Notes: generated by a model from the letters alone, not told the origin. Positions 12,158-22,764 are shown, counted from the whole stretch's first letter. The stretch is 60,905 nucleotides of DNA, filler included, from 6 parts of 6 records of this genome joined end to end with filler, not necessarily neighbours in it; one strand, 5' to 3'. Numbers and translations: made by a program.

Positions 12158-14269
12158 ATGCAACGTATCATTTGTTTGACCTGTTTGAGCTTGACCATTG
12201 CCGCAACATCATTTGTACCACAGATTTTTGCCCGGGACCTGACCCTGGACACCCTTACGGTGACGGCCCAGAAACGGGAAGAAAACGTCCAGGATGTCCC
12301 CATGACCATCGACCTGTTTACGGAAATGAGCCTGGAAGATTACGGACTGGCAGACATGTCCGACGTGGTGATGCAGTCCGCCAATGTATTCATGAAGACC
12401 AATACCGCGGAGAGCCCCATCATCATCCGGGGAATTTCATCATTTAAAAGTTCCATTTTTTCCCCTGCGGGATTTTATGTGGATGATGTCTCCTATCCCC
12501 TGAGCTATATGACCAATCCCGACCTGCTGGACATCCGGCGCATCGAAATCCTCAAAGGTCCCCAGGGCACGCTCTACGGCCGCAACACCCTGTCCGGCCT
12601 GGTCAATGTGGTGACCCGCCGGCCGGACAACCAGACCCGGGCCAGGCTCAACCTGGATATCGCCACCTATGATGCGGACAACAATGGAATGCGGTACCGG
12701 GCCGGGGGCTCCCTGGCCGGGCCGGTGATGCCGAACCGGCTGTTCATGGGGCTTTCGTTCCAGGGCCTGGAATCCGACGGATTCCGCACCGACATCGCCA
12801 CCGATGACGACCGGACCGGTAAGGAACGCCACCTGGACGGCCGGGGCACCCTCCGGTATACCCCGACCCCGAATCTTGACATTTCGTTTACCGTAAGCGG
12901 TGGGGATCACGAGGACGGGTTCGGGGTCTACCGCCTGGTCAACGGACCCAATGCCACCCCAGCCCACACGGCGAACAGCGGCGATCCGGGCCTGGGCAAG
13001 GACCAGCAGACCGACAGCCAGAACCTGAAAATCAGCTACCAGGGAACCGGCTGGGACTTGATCTCCATCACCAGCCGCCAGGCCTATGACATTGATTTTA
13101 TTTCGGACATGGATTTCAACGGGGGACCGAGCTATTCCGGGTTCGGGTTTGACGATACCCAATGGTCCCAGGAGATCCGGATCGCATCCCAAAACCCGGG
13201 CCGCCTGACCTGGCTGGCCGGAGTCTACGGATTCAAGGAAGACACCGGCACCCGCCTGGACGTCCGGCGCAGGACCGACGCCGGCAGCATGGGCCTGTGG
13301 CATCCCAAGGGGGAAATCGACATGACCGGGTACGCCCTGTTCTCCCAGGCCACCTGGCATTTTAATGCCCCCCTGCATCTCACGGCCGGACTGCGGTTTG
13401 ACCACCAGGAGCTGTCGGGCCGGGTCGTCAACCGTGAAACCGCCATGATGCCCTTTCTGCCGCCGTCCCAGTCCTTTGACCAGGACCTCTCCTATAACGA
13501 GATCCTGCCCAAACTGGCCATCCGATACGACCTGGCCCGGTCCGCCAGTCTGTACGCCAGTGCCGCCAAGGGCTACCAGGTGGGGGGGTACAACTATTCC
13601 ATGGTCATGTCGCCGGACACCTTTACCTATGACCCGGAATATGCCTGGAACTATGAAATGGGCGTCAAAAGCGGTTTTCTGAACAACCGGATCCGGATCA
13701 ACGCCAGCCTGTTCTACATAGACATCCGGGACAAACAGATAGACGTCAACAATCCCGATGCCCAGGGCGTTCCCATGGCACCGGACATCAACAATGCCGG
13801 CAAGGTTCACACCTGCGGGGCTGAAATCAGCATCCAGGCCGATCCCCTGCCCGGCCTCAACCTCTTTGCCAACCTGGGCGTGTTGAAAACAGAAATCGAT
13901 AAATGGTCCAATGTTTCCCGAACCGGCACCATCGATTACCAGGGCAACCGCCTGCCCTATTCCCCCAAGTACACCTTTTCCCTGGGTTCCACCTACCATT
14001 TAGACAACGGCCTGTTCCTGGGCGCGGACGCCTCGGGTATGGGTTCCTATTACGGGGATCCGGGCAACCGCATGAAACAAAAGGCCTTTGAACTGTTCAA
14101 CCTCCGCCTGGGATACGAGACCGAATCATTTGACCTGGTCTTCTGGTGCAAAAACCTCTTTGACCAGTCCTATTTCACCGTCCTGGATGAAATGATGAAT
14201 ACCGGCGTGCTCAAGGCCGTGGAGGGGGAGCCCCGCACCATGGGGGTCACGTTCCGCTACCGGTTCTAA
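12158..14269 (+). CDS. TonB-dependent receptor (FyuA/siderophore-receptor-like)
   Basis: Signal peptide, TonB box LDTLTVTAQKRE, plug RIEILKGPQGTLYGRN and C-terminal GEPRTMGVTFRYRF. Confidence 0.92.
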   Translation: MQRIICLTCLSLTIAATSFVPQIFARDLTLDTLTVTAQKREENVQDVPMTIDLFTEMSLEDYGLADMSDVVMQSANVFMKTNTAESPIIIRGISSFKSSIFSPAGFYVDDVSYPLSYMTNPDLLDIRRIEILKGPQGTLYGRNTLSGLVNVVTRRPDNQTRARLNLDIATYDADNNGMRYRAGGSLAGPVMPNRLFMGLSFQGLESDGFRTDIATDDDRTGKERHLDGRGTLRYTPTPNLDISFTVSGGDHEDGFGVYRLVNGPNATPAHTANSGDPGLGKDQQTDSQNLKISYQGTGWDLISITSRQAYDIDFISDMDFNGGPSYSGFGFDDTQWSQEIRIASQNPGRLTWLAGVYGFKEDTGTRLDVRRRTDAGSMGLWHPKGEIDMTGYALFSQATWHFNAPLHLTAGLRFDHQELSGRVVNRETAMMPFLPPSQSFDQDLSYNEILPKLAIRYDLARSASLYASAAKGYQVGGYNYSMVMSPDTFTYDPEYAWNYEMGVKSGFLNNRIRINASLFYIDIRDKQIDVNNPDAQGVPMAPDINNAGKVHTCGAEISIQADPLPGLNLFANLGVLKTEIDKWSNVSRTGTIDYQGNRLPYSPKYTFSLGSTYHLDNGLFLGADASGMGSYYGDPGNRMKQKAFELFNLRLGYETESFDLVFWCKNLFDQSYFTVLDEMMNTGVLKAVEGEPRTMGVTFRYRF

Positions 14270-14286
14270 TAAGCAATAAGTAAGCA

Positions 14287-14356
14287 GGGGTCAAATCTTT
14301 AATCTTGACATTTCGTTATCAAAACAGTGATTTGCCAAGTTTAAAGATCTGACCCC
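14287..14356. repeat. REP-like inverted repeat pair between the convergent receptor and amtB genes
   Basis: GGGGTCAAATCTTTAATCTTG ... CAAGTTTAAAGATCTGACCCC, 19/21 complementary. Confidence 0.65.
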
Positions 14357-14362
14357 ATTTCA

Positions 14363-15673
14363 TTAAAGGTTAAAGTCGGGATAGGCGTTTCCGCCGTGTT
14401 CGGTGAAATCGAGTCCTTCCAGCTCCTCCTCGGGAGAGCAGCGCAGACCGATGGTTCCGGCGATGAGTTTGAACATGGCAAATGCCGTGGTAAAGGTCCA
14501 GGCAAAGCAGGCCAGGATGCCGATCACCTGGACCGTGACGATGGCCATGGTCACGCCCTCCATGTTGAAGAGACCGGCGGCCAGGGTTCCCCAGGCACCG
14601 CACACCCCATGGACGGACACGGCGCCAACGGGATCGTCGATCCTGAGCCGGTCAAAAAAGAGGACGGAAAGGACCACCAGAACGCCGGACACGGCCCCGA
14701 TGATAATGGCGCTGGACGGCGACACATTGGCGCATCCCGCCGTAATGCCCACAAGCCCGGCCAGGGCGCCGTTCAGGCTCATGCCCACCTCGGGCTTTCC
14801 AAGCTTGATCCAGGAGACGATCATGGCGACCACGCACCCGGTGGCGGCAGAGAGGTTGGTGTTGACAAAGATCATGGCAATGCTCGTGTCCGCCGTGGTG
14901 GTGGAACCGGGATTGAATCCGAACCAGCCGAGCCAAAGGATGAATACCCCCAGGGAAGCAAGGGGGATGTTATGGCCGAGGATGGGACGGATACCCTCGT
15001 CCGTGTATTTTCCCGTGCGGGGACCCAGGACGATGGCGCCCGCCAGGGCCGCCCAGCCGCCCACGCTGTGCACCACGGTCGAACCGGCAAAATCGATGAA
15101 TCCGAGGCCTTCGAGCCAGCCGGAACCGTTGAAAAGGCTGCCCCAGGCCCAGCTTCCGAATATGGGGTAGATCAGGGCCGAGACAATGAAACTGTACGCA
15201 AGGTAGCCGGTGAATTTGGTCCGCTCGGCCATGGCGCCGGATACGATGGTGGCCGCAGTGGCGGCAAACACCACCTGGAACATCCAGAAGGCAAGGATCC
15301 AGGGATCACCGTCCGGAGTGAAGTCGCTCAGGAAAAAGCCCGAGGTGCCTAAAAACCCGGTGGAGGAGGTCCCGAACATCAGGCCGAACCCAATGGCCCA
15401 GAAGGCAAGGCTGCCCACTGAAAAATCCATGAGGTTCTTCATCATGATGTTGATGCTGTTCTTGGCCCGGGTGAACCCCGCCTCCACCAGGGCGAATCCC
15501 GCCTGCATGAAAAAAACGAGGCAGGCGGCGACCAGGGTCCACAGATAGTTCGCATGGGTCTGGACAAGCTCGATGGCTTCCTTGTTGGTCAGGGGTGACG
15601 GGGGGCTATCTCCTGCAAAGGCAGGGGTTAAATAAAAGAACAACAGGGCTGTCATAATACATATTTTTTTCAT
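14363..15673 (-). CDS. amtB: Ammonium transporter
   Basis: FFMQAGFALVEAG, ATAATIVSGAMAER, DFAGSTVVH, GWFGFNPGS and DDPVGAVSVHG. Confidence 0.96.
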   Translation of the reverse strand: MKKICIMTALLFFYLTPAFAGDSPPSPLTNKEAIELVQTHANYLWTLVAACLVFFMQAGFALVEAGFTRAKNSINIMMKNLMDFSVGSLAFWAIGFGLMFGTSSTGFLGTSGFFLSDFTPDGDPWILAFWMFQVVFAATAATIVSGAMAERTKFTGYLAYSFIVSALIYPIFGSWAWGSLFNGSGWLEGLGFIDFAGSTVVHSVGGWAALAGAIVLGPRTGKYTDEGIRPILGHNIPLASLGVFILWLGWFGFNPGSTTTADTSIAMIFVNTNLSAATGCVVAMIVSWIKLGKPEVGMSLNGALAGLVGITAGCANVSPSSAIIIGAVSGVLVVLSVLFFDRLRIDDPVGAVSVHGVCGAWGTLAAGLFNMEGVTMAIVTVQVIGILACFAWTFTTAFAMFKLIAGTIGLRCSPEEELEGLDFTEHGGNAYPDFNL

Positions 15674-15734
15674 CGGTGGCTCTCCATGAATTAATGTGTG
15701 TTACGGTATAAAGGGTCAGGAAAAAGGGATACGC

Positions 15735-16196
<462 letters not shown>

Positions 16197-16443
16197 TTAT
16201 ACGCCCACATCCAAATACAGTGTTTTTTCAGCAACACACAGAAATCACACTTTTGAAGATAAGAACAATGTAAAATACATTTTTGTTACAATCCATAAAA
16301 TCCCCTGCCCCACACACGGCAGTTATCAAAAAACCGATTAAACCCTGCGCGGTATTCGGCCGACACTATACTTTTTAAGTTTTTCTAGGGATGAGTTGTC
16401 AAACTGGGACAAACTCTGATAATAACAAGGGATAAATGGCAAA

Positions 16444-18096
16444 ATGAACCGGAAGGAAAAGTTGGGGATGGACAATAAGCGAAAAGAATCAACCGCCGCA
16501 AGAAAACCAACACCCGATTCCATATCCGGACCCCACAGAAAATTTGCCACGTTTTTTGCCATTGGCGCCCTGGCTGCCCTGCTTCTCTTTGTTGCCGCCA
16601 CATCGGTCCTCTACAGCAGGGCTGTTTCGCGACATGAAAAGATGTTCAATGACCACCAGGCGCTCCAGGTCTATCTTGCCCAAAGGGCCATTGCCGATCG
16701 AATAAACTGGATTGCGGACCATGGCAAACTCCTGGCCCTCTATTCATTGCCGGAATTTATCCAGGGCAAACGCGATCTGAACTCCCTGGAACGGCTCTTC
16801 AAGACCGAGCAATCCTTATCCCCTGAAAATCTCGCCATCTACCATCTTGATACGACAGGCCGCGTTATTTACGGCCTGCCCCATAAAACGCCGGCAGGCA
16901 GGGAGGCGGGAAGAATCGCCGTCAAACTGGCCCAAACCAGCCTGGCCAATGGAATACCGGAAGAATCCGATATGATTGTGCCGCCGTTTCACATCACAAA
17001 CCGCTTCCAGATGTTGGTGCTGCTGTTTCCCGTTTACATCGAAAATCAGCTCAGGGGGATTACCGCCATGGCATTTGACTTGAAGCCCATGGCAAACCGC
17101 TATATCGCACCGATAATTTCAGGCAGATACGGCGCCGCATACCTCCTGGATACCCAAGGAAGAGTCGTTTATGACCATGAAACCGATATCATAGGAAAAA
17201 ACGTATTTGACGGCATGCATGATAAGTATCCCGATCTCCTGCGTGTTGACAGGCGCCTTGTCAGCGAACCTTCGGGAAAGGATGAATACAAGTTCACGGT
17301 GAAGCGTAACGGCCGGGTCTCCCGGAAACTCATTGCATGGGATGCCGCAATGGTGGGGAACCGGAAACTTGTCGTGTGCCTATCCGCGCCGGACCTGGAA
17401 ATTGACAGGGAGCTTGGCAGCTTCCGCACCCAGAGTATCATTCTTGCCGTGTTTCTGCTGGTTGCGCTGATGATAATGGGCCTCTTCTTTTTTCGTGCCC
17501 GCCAGCGGATCTTCCAACAGGCGGCGTCGCTTTTGAAGAAGCGGGTCGAGCAGCGGACCTCGGAACTCCAGGCGGCCAATGCAAAACTGAAAAAGTTGTC
17601 CATTACGGATTCCCTGACAGGCGTATATAACCGCAGGTATATCTGCAAACGGCTTGCAGAGGAGATCAAAAAGGCGGACCGTTACGGGCATGACCTTTCA
17701 ATATTGCTTTTTGATGTGGATCACTTTAAAAACGTCAACGACAGATACGGTCACCTGTTCGGTGACATTGTCCTTCAAAGAATATGTGATGCCGTAAAAA
17801 AAAGCTTGAGGGAAGTCGACCTGTTTGGAAGATACGGGGGAGAAGAGTTCCTGGTTATTCTTCCTTCCATAAACCTTGAACAGGGTCATGTGGTTGCCGA
17901 ACGGATGAGAAAGAGTGTGGAATCCCTGAAATGGGACAAGCCCGATTTCAATGTGACCATCAGCGGCGGCATCACCACCCATGGCGCCAGATCCGGCAGC
18001 GACCTGCTCAAGGCCGCCGACGACCTTCTGTACAGGGCCAAGTCAAGGGGAAGAAACCGTATGGAAACAAACACTTCCCATCACGCCACCCGGTAA
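16444..18096 (+). CDS. Membrane diguanylate cyclase with Cache-type periplasmic sensor
   Basis: Two TM segments, a Cache-like region, a coiled coil, TDSLTG, RxxD I-site (REVD) and GGEEF. Confidence 0.9.
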   Translation: MNRKEKLGMDNKRKESTAARKPTPDSISGPHRKFATFFAIGALAALLLFVAATSVLYSRAVSRHEKMFNDHQALQVYLAQRAIADRINWIADHGKLLALYSLPEFIQGKRDLNSLERLFKTEQSLSPENLAIYHLDTTGRVIYGLPHKTPAGREAGRIAVKLAQTSLANGIPEESDMIVPPFHITNRFQMLVLLFPVYIENQLRGITAMAFDLKPMANRYIAPIISGRYGAAYLLDTQGRVVYDHETDIIGKNVFDGMHDKYPDLLRVDRRLVSEPSGKDEYKFTVKRNGRVSRKLIAWDAAMVGNRKLVVCLSAPDLEIDRELGSFRTQSIILAVFLLVALMIMGLFFFRARQRIFQQAASLLKKRVEQRTSELQAANAKLKKLSITDSLTGVYNRRYICKRLAEEIKKADRYGHDLSILLFDVDHFKNVNDRYGHLFGDIVLQRICDAVKKSLREVDLFGRYGGEEFLVILPSINLEQGHVVAERMRKSVESLKWDKPDFNVTISGGITTHGARSGSDLLKAADDLLYRAKSRGRNRMETNTSHHATR

Positions 18097-18193
18097 AAAA
18101 CAACACACAATCCCAGCCGGCCATACAAGGGAGCGGAAGACGATGCCCCCTCCCGCCCCCTTTACGGATCAGTCAAATGGGCAGACCGACGGA

Positions 18194-18574
18194 TCAGGAA
18201 TCAAAGCAGGCGATGGCGTCAATCTCCACCATCACGTTCTTGGGAAGCCTTGCCACCTCAACGCACACCCGTGCGGGTTTGTGGTCCCCCATGAAGCTTG
18301 CATAGACGGCGTTGAGCCGGTCGAACAGGGCAAGATCCGACACATACACCGTTGTTTTCACGATGGCGTCCACGCCCAGGCCCGCGGCTTCCACAATGGC
18401 TTTCAGATTTTTCAGGGCCTGGCCGGCCTGGGTCTCCATGTCCGTTCCCACCACCGTTCCTGTCTCTGGATCAAGGGGAATCTGGCCCGAGACGTACAGG
18501 GAATTGCCGCACCTGACGGCATGGGAATAGGGGCCGATGGCTGCGGGGGCTGCGGTTGAATTGATGCATTCCAT
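18194..18574 (-). CDS. ridA: RidA/YjgF family enamine deaminase
   Basis: APAAIGPYSHA, SGQIPLDP and KPARVCVEVARLP...VEIDAIA. Confidence 0.92.
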   Translation of the reverse strand: MECINSTAAPAAIGPYSHAVRCGNSLYVSGQIPLDPETGTVVGTDMETQAGQALKNLKAIVEAAGLGVDAIVKTTVYVSDLALFDRLNAVYASFMGDHKPARVCVEVARLPKNVMVEIDAIACFDS

Positions 18575-18587
18575 GGATCAATCTCCT

Positions 18588-19397
18588 TTATGGGTTGGTT
18601 TCAGGAAAAAAGCGTTCCATCCACGCCACGGAAGCGGTGAGGTTGCCCCGGTTGAACACCTCGAGGCTCACCACCCCGGTGAATTGTTTCAACACCTCAA
18701 GGGTGGGGGAAACCCGTTCCATGGGCGTTTTGTCGAGCCCCTGATGGTCCTTTGGCGGATCACAGGAAAAGTCCACCCCGTGGAAATGAATCAGGGGAAT
18801 TCTGGATCGATACCGCTCAAAGAGCGCTGCAATGTCGTAATCGTACTTGATCAGGTGGCCTGCGTCAATACAGAGGGACATGGGGGTTTCGTCCAGGACC
18901 GGAACGAGGATATCCGGGGGATAGTCAAGGGTTTCGAGGGTGATAAGACCCGGATCTGAAATCCTTGGGGCGAGCTGCTCCAGGGTGTTGATCACCCGCT
19001 CCTGCCAGCGCTTGATCCCCTCTTCCCCGGCCGCCCGGTCCCGGTCCGTAAAATCAAGGTGCAGGGTGTGGGTGGTGGGAGACAGGGGCGCCACAAGTTC
19101 CATGACCCGCGCAACCGTATCGATCCCCGCTTCCCGTTCCGCTTTTGAGGCGTGGGACAGGGAGATGTCCGTCGGCAGATGAACGTTGTAGGTGACGGAA
19201 TGGGCCTGGGAGAGACGGGCAAGCTCGTCGATGTCGGCCTTTGGCGGCAGGTATTCAAGGGGCTTGCTCTCAAAGATCAACAGCTCTATCTCATCAAAGT
19301 CCGGCCCTAGTTGTTTCACATTGGGAACGATATGGTCGGGATAGATGAAGGAGGTGGTGCCGAGCCTGAAGGGCCGGGCTGTTTTCAACAGGGTCAT
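18588..19397 (-). CDS. cbiR: Cobamide remodeling phosphodiesterase CbiR-like (AP endonuclease 2 / TIM-barrel family)
   Basis: FRLGTTSFIYP...DEIELLIFE, VHLP, LETL, CIDAGH, HFHG...DH and SLEVF metal-site pattern, inside a cobS-cobD-cbiB operon. Confidence 0.75.
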   Translation of the reverse strand: MTLLKTARPFRLGTTSFIYPDHIVPNVKQLGPDFDEIELLIFESKPLEYLPPKADIDELARLSQAHSVTYNVHLPTDISLSHASKAEREAGIDTVARVMELVAPLSPTTHTLHLDFTDRDRAAGEEGIKRWQERVINTLEQLAPRISDPGLITLETLDYPPDILVPVLDETPMSLCIDAGHLIKYDYDIAALFERYRSRIPLIHFHGVDFSCDPPKDHQGLDKTPMERVSPTLEVLKQFTGVVSLEVFNRGNLTASVAWMERFFPETNP

Positions 19398-19409
19398 GGT
19401 CTTCTCCTC

Positions 19410-20372
19410 CTAGGCGATCACCGCGGCCAGGGTGGCCGCGATCATGGACACAAGGGATGCAAGCAGCATCAGTTCACAGGCCCGGGCGATGGTCGCCTGT
19501 TTCGGATCCGTGTAACGGGTGCCGATGTAGGGCTTTTCCACCAGGGTGCCGTGGTAAAAGTTGGGGCCGCCGAGCCTGGCCCCCAGGGCGCCGGCAAAGG
19601 CGGCTTCGGGATAGCCCGCATTGGGGCTCTTGTGGCGCCGTCCCTCGGAAAGGCCGGTCTTGAAGGCCGCCCTTCCCCGTTTGCCCGAAAGAATGGCCGC
19701 AGCAAGTGAGATCATGGGCACACTGAGCCGGGCGGGAATGAAGTTGGCCACATCATCGATCCTGGCGGCGGCCCGCCCGAAGAGCAGGTAGCGCTCGTTC
19801 CGATAGCCCACCATGGAGTCCAGGGTGTTGACCATCTTGTAGGCAAGGGCCATTGGCACCCCGCCGATCAGGGCAAAGAACAGGGGGGAGAGAAAACCGT
19901 CCACAAAATTCTCGGCCACGGTCTCAACGCTCGCCTTGACCACGCCGGCCTCGTCCAGGCGATGGGTCTCCCGGCCCACGATCATGGCAACGGCCTGACG
20001 GCCCGCCTCAAGGCCTTTGGTTTCAAGGGCGTCTCCCACCTCGGTGGCGGCCTTTGCAAGGCTTTTGCTGGAAAAGCAGAAAAAGAGCAGCACCACCTGA
20101 ACCGCCTCCCCGAAAACCGGGTGCAGGAAAACAGCCAGCCGGACACAGCCGAAGGCGATCACCCAGGTGGCAATGATGAGGAACAGGGCAAAGAACAGGC
20201 CCGAGACAAATGCGTTCTTCACATGGCGCCGGAAAAAGATTTCCGAGCGCTCAATGGCCTTTCCCATAAGGACAATGGGATGGGGAAGGCTTCTGGGGTC
20301 TCCGATTAAAAGATCCAGGGCCAGGGCAAGGGGAATGATGTACCAGTTGAGATCTGCAAACATGTGGATCAT
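19410..20372 (-). CDS. cbiB: Adenosylcobinamide-phosphate synthase
   Basis: DLLIGDP...HPI, VGRET, ETVAENFVDG, YKMVNTLDSMVGY and SPNAGYPEAA. Confidence 0.93.
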   Translation of the reverse strand: MIHMFADLNWYIIPLALALDLLIGDPRSLPHPIVLMGKAIERSEIFFRRHVKNAFVSGLFFALFLIIATWVIAFGCVRLAVFLHPVFGEAVQVVLLFFCFSSKSLAKAATEVGDALETKGLEAGRQAVAMIVGRETHRLDEAGVVKASVETVAENFVDGFLSPLFFALIGGVPMALAYKMVNTLDSMVGYRNERYLLFGRAAARIDDVANFIPARLSVPMISLAAAILSGKRGRAAFKTGLSEGRRHKSPNAGYPEAAFAGALGARLGGPNFYHGTLVEKPYIGTRYTDPKQATIARACELMLLASLVSMIAATLAAVIA

Positions 20373-21466
20373 CCTTTGGGCATGGTGAGATGTTTTTGAA
20401 GCGCCAGGGCAAGCTGGGTGTTGATATCCCGGGTTTTCAGGGAGAAGCGCACAAACCGATTGGTGAGGCCGTCAAAATTGGCGCAGTCCCGGATCAGGAT
20501 TCTCTCGTCCCCGATACACCGGCACAGCTCCTCCGCCGCCATGGGCGGTTCAAGCCCGGCCAGGAGAAAATAGGCGTTGGAGGGAAAGAGCCGGATGCCG
20601 GGGCAGTCGGCAATACTCTGTGCGAACAGTTCTTTCTCGGCTGCCACAAAGGCCCGGGTCTCCAGGGTAAACGCATCCGTCTCGCTTTTGTTGTCAAGGA
20701 GATGAATCACGGCGGCCTGGGCCAGGGCGTTCACCGACCAGGGCTGGTAATAGTGCATGAAACTCTCGATCACCTTGGGATCCCCGCACAGGAATCCCGT
20801 GCGCAATCCCGGAATCCTGAAGATCTTTGACATGGAGGAGAGCACCATCAGGTTGGGAAAGCCCGCCTCGCTGACAAGACTGATGGCTTCCCCATGGTCC
20901 ACAAAGGGAAGGTAGGACTCGTCCACCACGAAACGAATCCGGGGATAGTCCCGCACAAGCCCGAGGATCGCCTCTTTTTCCACCATGGCGCCGGTGGGGT
21001 TGTTGGGATTGCAGATCACCATGGTGTCGAACCCGCCCGTGGCAAGCATCCCGGCCACCGTATCAAGGTCCGGGGCGAACCCGTTGTCGGCGGTTGCCAT
21101 GGCATAGTCATAGGGCACACCGTGCATGACGCACCCGTCCCGGTAATCGGAATAGGTGGGTCCCAGGATCAGCATCTTTTGGGTCTTCAACGCCAACGGC
21201 AGGGTGTAGAGAAACCAGGTGGTGCCGTTGCCCGCAATCACCCGGTCGGCATCCACGTTGTAGCGCCGGGAAAAGGCGTTGACCATCTCCCGGGCATCGG
21301 CCTGGGGAAGGGAGCGTATTTTGCCCATGTTTTCAATGAGAAACGCCTCGAGTCCCGGGGGAGGCCCCAGGGGATTCAAGTTGCTGCTCATGTCAATGAT
21401 ATCGTCTATGGAACATCCCAGTCTTTCGGCAAGGGCGTTTACGTTGCCCCCATGACCTGTAATCAT
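20369..21466 (-). CDS. cobD: L-threonine-O-3-phosphate decarboxylase
   Basis: HGGN...DMSSNLNPLG, CNPNNPTG, VDESY and SMSKIFRIPGLRTG. Confidence 0.88.
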   Translation of the reverse strand: MITGHGGNVNALAERLGCSIDDIIDMSSNLNPLGPPPGLEAFLIENMGKIRSLPQADAREMVNAFSRRYNVDADRVIAGNGTTWFLYTLPLALKTQKMLILGPTYSDYRDGCVMHGVPYDYAMATADNGFAPDLDTVAGMLATGGFDTMVICNPNNPTGAMVEKEAILGLVRDYPRIRFVVDESYLPFVDHGEAISLVSEAGFPNLMVLSSMSKIFRIPGLRTGFLCGDPKVIESFMHYYQPWSVNALAQAAVIHLLDNKSETDAFTLETRAFVAAEKELFAQSIADCPGIRLFPSNAYFLLAGLEPPMAAEELCRCIGDERILIRDCANFDGLTNRFVRFSLKTRDINTQLALALQKHLTMPKG

Positions 21467-21481
21467 AATTTAACTATCCTT

Positions 21482-22258
21482 TTATAATAATGTTGCGCCC
21501 GCCGTGAGAAATAAAACCGCCTCGGTCACCTCGGTCATTGCCCCCAACATGTCCCCGGTGATACACCCCATCTTGATCTTGTAAAATCCAAGAATCAAAA
21601 AGACCGTCACTCCGAACACCAGGAGGAGCACCACCCCTTTGACGCCAAGACAAAACGCGAGAATCACCAGCAGGAGCAGGGAGGCGAAATCCTTGAGTGG
21701 CAGGGGCTTTTCAAACAGGTCATGGCCGGTGCCCGTGTTTTTCCGTCCATAGTTCAGGAACCGGATGCCAAACAGCATGCCGGCCCGGGAAAGGGCGGGA
21801 ACGAGGAAAAGAATCAAAGCGACCGAAAACGGTGTGCAGGCGGTTTTCACGGCATAGATGCCCGCCACCTTCACAGCGAGCATGCAGAAAATGGCCACAA
21901 GCCCCATCATTCCGGTCCTGGAGTCCTTCATGATCTCCAGGGCCCGCTCCCGTGAGCGGTGGCTGAAAAGCCCGTCCGCGGCGTCCCCCAGGCCGTCCAA
22001 ATGAAATGCCCCGGTCACGGAGACCAGGAAAAGCACGTCCAGGACCGCCACCACCGGCGCGGTCCAGAACATGGATGCCACCCGGTCGACCACAACGAGC
22101 AGGGCCCCCAGTATCATCCCCACCACGGGGAAAAATCGTATCATGCCCGTGGCCGAGAACTCCCCTCCCTTTCCCGCGGGAAGGATGGTGATGAACATGA
22201 TGGCCGACCGTAGATCCCTGATAAATGCGCTAATCTGTGTCAATTTTAGCCTCTTCAA
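21482..22258 (-). CDS. cobS: Adenosylcobinamide-GDP ribazoletransferase (cobalamin synthase)
   Basis: TGAFHLDGLGDAADG, LEIMKDSRTG and GCITGDMLGA..E. Confidence 0.92.
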   Translation of the reverse strand: MKRLKLTQISAFIRDLRSAIMFITILPAGKGGEFSATGMIRFFPVVGMILGALLVVVDRVASMFWTAPVVAVLDVLFLVSVTGAFHLDGLGDAADGLFSHRSRERALEIMKDSRTGMMGLVAIFCMLAVKVAGIYAVKTACTPFSVALILFLVPALSRAGMLFGIRFLNYGRKNTGTGHDLFEKPLPLKDFASLLLLVILAFCLGVKGVVLLLVFGVTVFLILGFYKIKMGCITGDMLGAMTEVTEAVLFLTAGATLL

Positions 22259-22664
22259 TGCGTTTAATTCCGTTCTGGTTCAGGACCAGGCGAAAGCGCT
22301 TGTACCGCACCCGCCTGTTCTCCGAATACTTCATGATGATGTTGACATGGTAGACCCGGTTTCCGTAAATCCGCTGGCAGCTTTTGTCGTTGCACACGTA
22401 GATGGGCGTCTTGGGATTGTCCATCTTGCTCAGGAACCGGCTCACGTTGAGACGCATGATGTCCACGATGCTGTCTGCCGGGTAGTCGTGGTAGACGGAT
22501 CGAAACGGCCGTTTAAAGAGCTTGACCTGTTTCCGGTAAAGGATGATCTTCTCGCCCACCCAGTCGTTCTCGATCTCCGTGATATGATCCTTTGCCCTGA
22601 GCTTCACGATGGTATCGGGAATCTTGTCCGACTTGAGAAACGTGAAGCTCTCCTTGCACCACCC
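22230..22664 (-). CDS. Hypothetical protein, C-terminal part (truncated at contig end)
   Basis: Open frame ending RVYHVNIIMKY...RFRLVLNQNGIKRIEEAKIDTD, overlapping the 5' end of cobS. Confidence 0.6.
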   Translation of the reverse strand, partial: GWCKESFTFLKSDKIPDTIVKLRAKDHITEIENDWVGEKIILYRKQVKLFKRPFRSVYHDYPADSIVDIMRLNVSRFLSKMDNPKTPIYVCNDKSCQRIYGNRVYHVNIIMKYSENRRVRYKRFRLVLNQNGIKRIEEAKIDTD

Positions 22665-22764
22665 NNNNNNNNNNNNNNNNNNNNNNNNNNNNNNNNNNNN
22701 NNNNNNNNTTAATTAATTAANNNNNNNNNNNNNNNNNNNNNNNNNNNNNNNNNNNNNNNNNNNN
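22665..22764. other. Artificial contig linker 2
   Basis: 44 N + TTAATTAATTAA + 44 N. Confidence 0.99.

Noticed and set aside
11561-12447. ORFs running into or across N-linkers (also at 22071-22712 and the X-containing ends at 22713, 31293, 42700 and 51862)
   Set aside because: Their ends are created by the artificial TTAATTAATTAA stop linker. Only the parts inside contigs are real.
12440-15548. Long opposite-strand or alternate-frame ORFs (for example 12440-13999, 14396-15352, 14403-15170)
   Set aside because: Shadow ORFs of GC-rich genes with clear family identity. No independent motifs.
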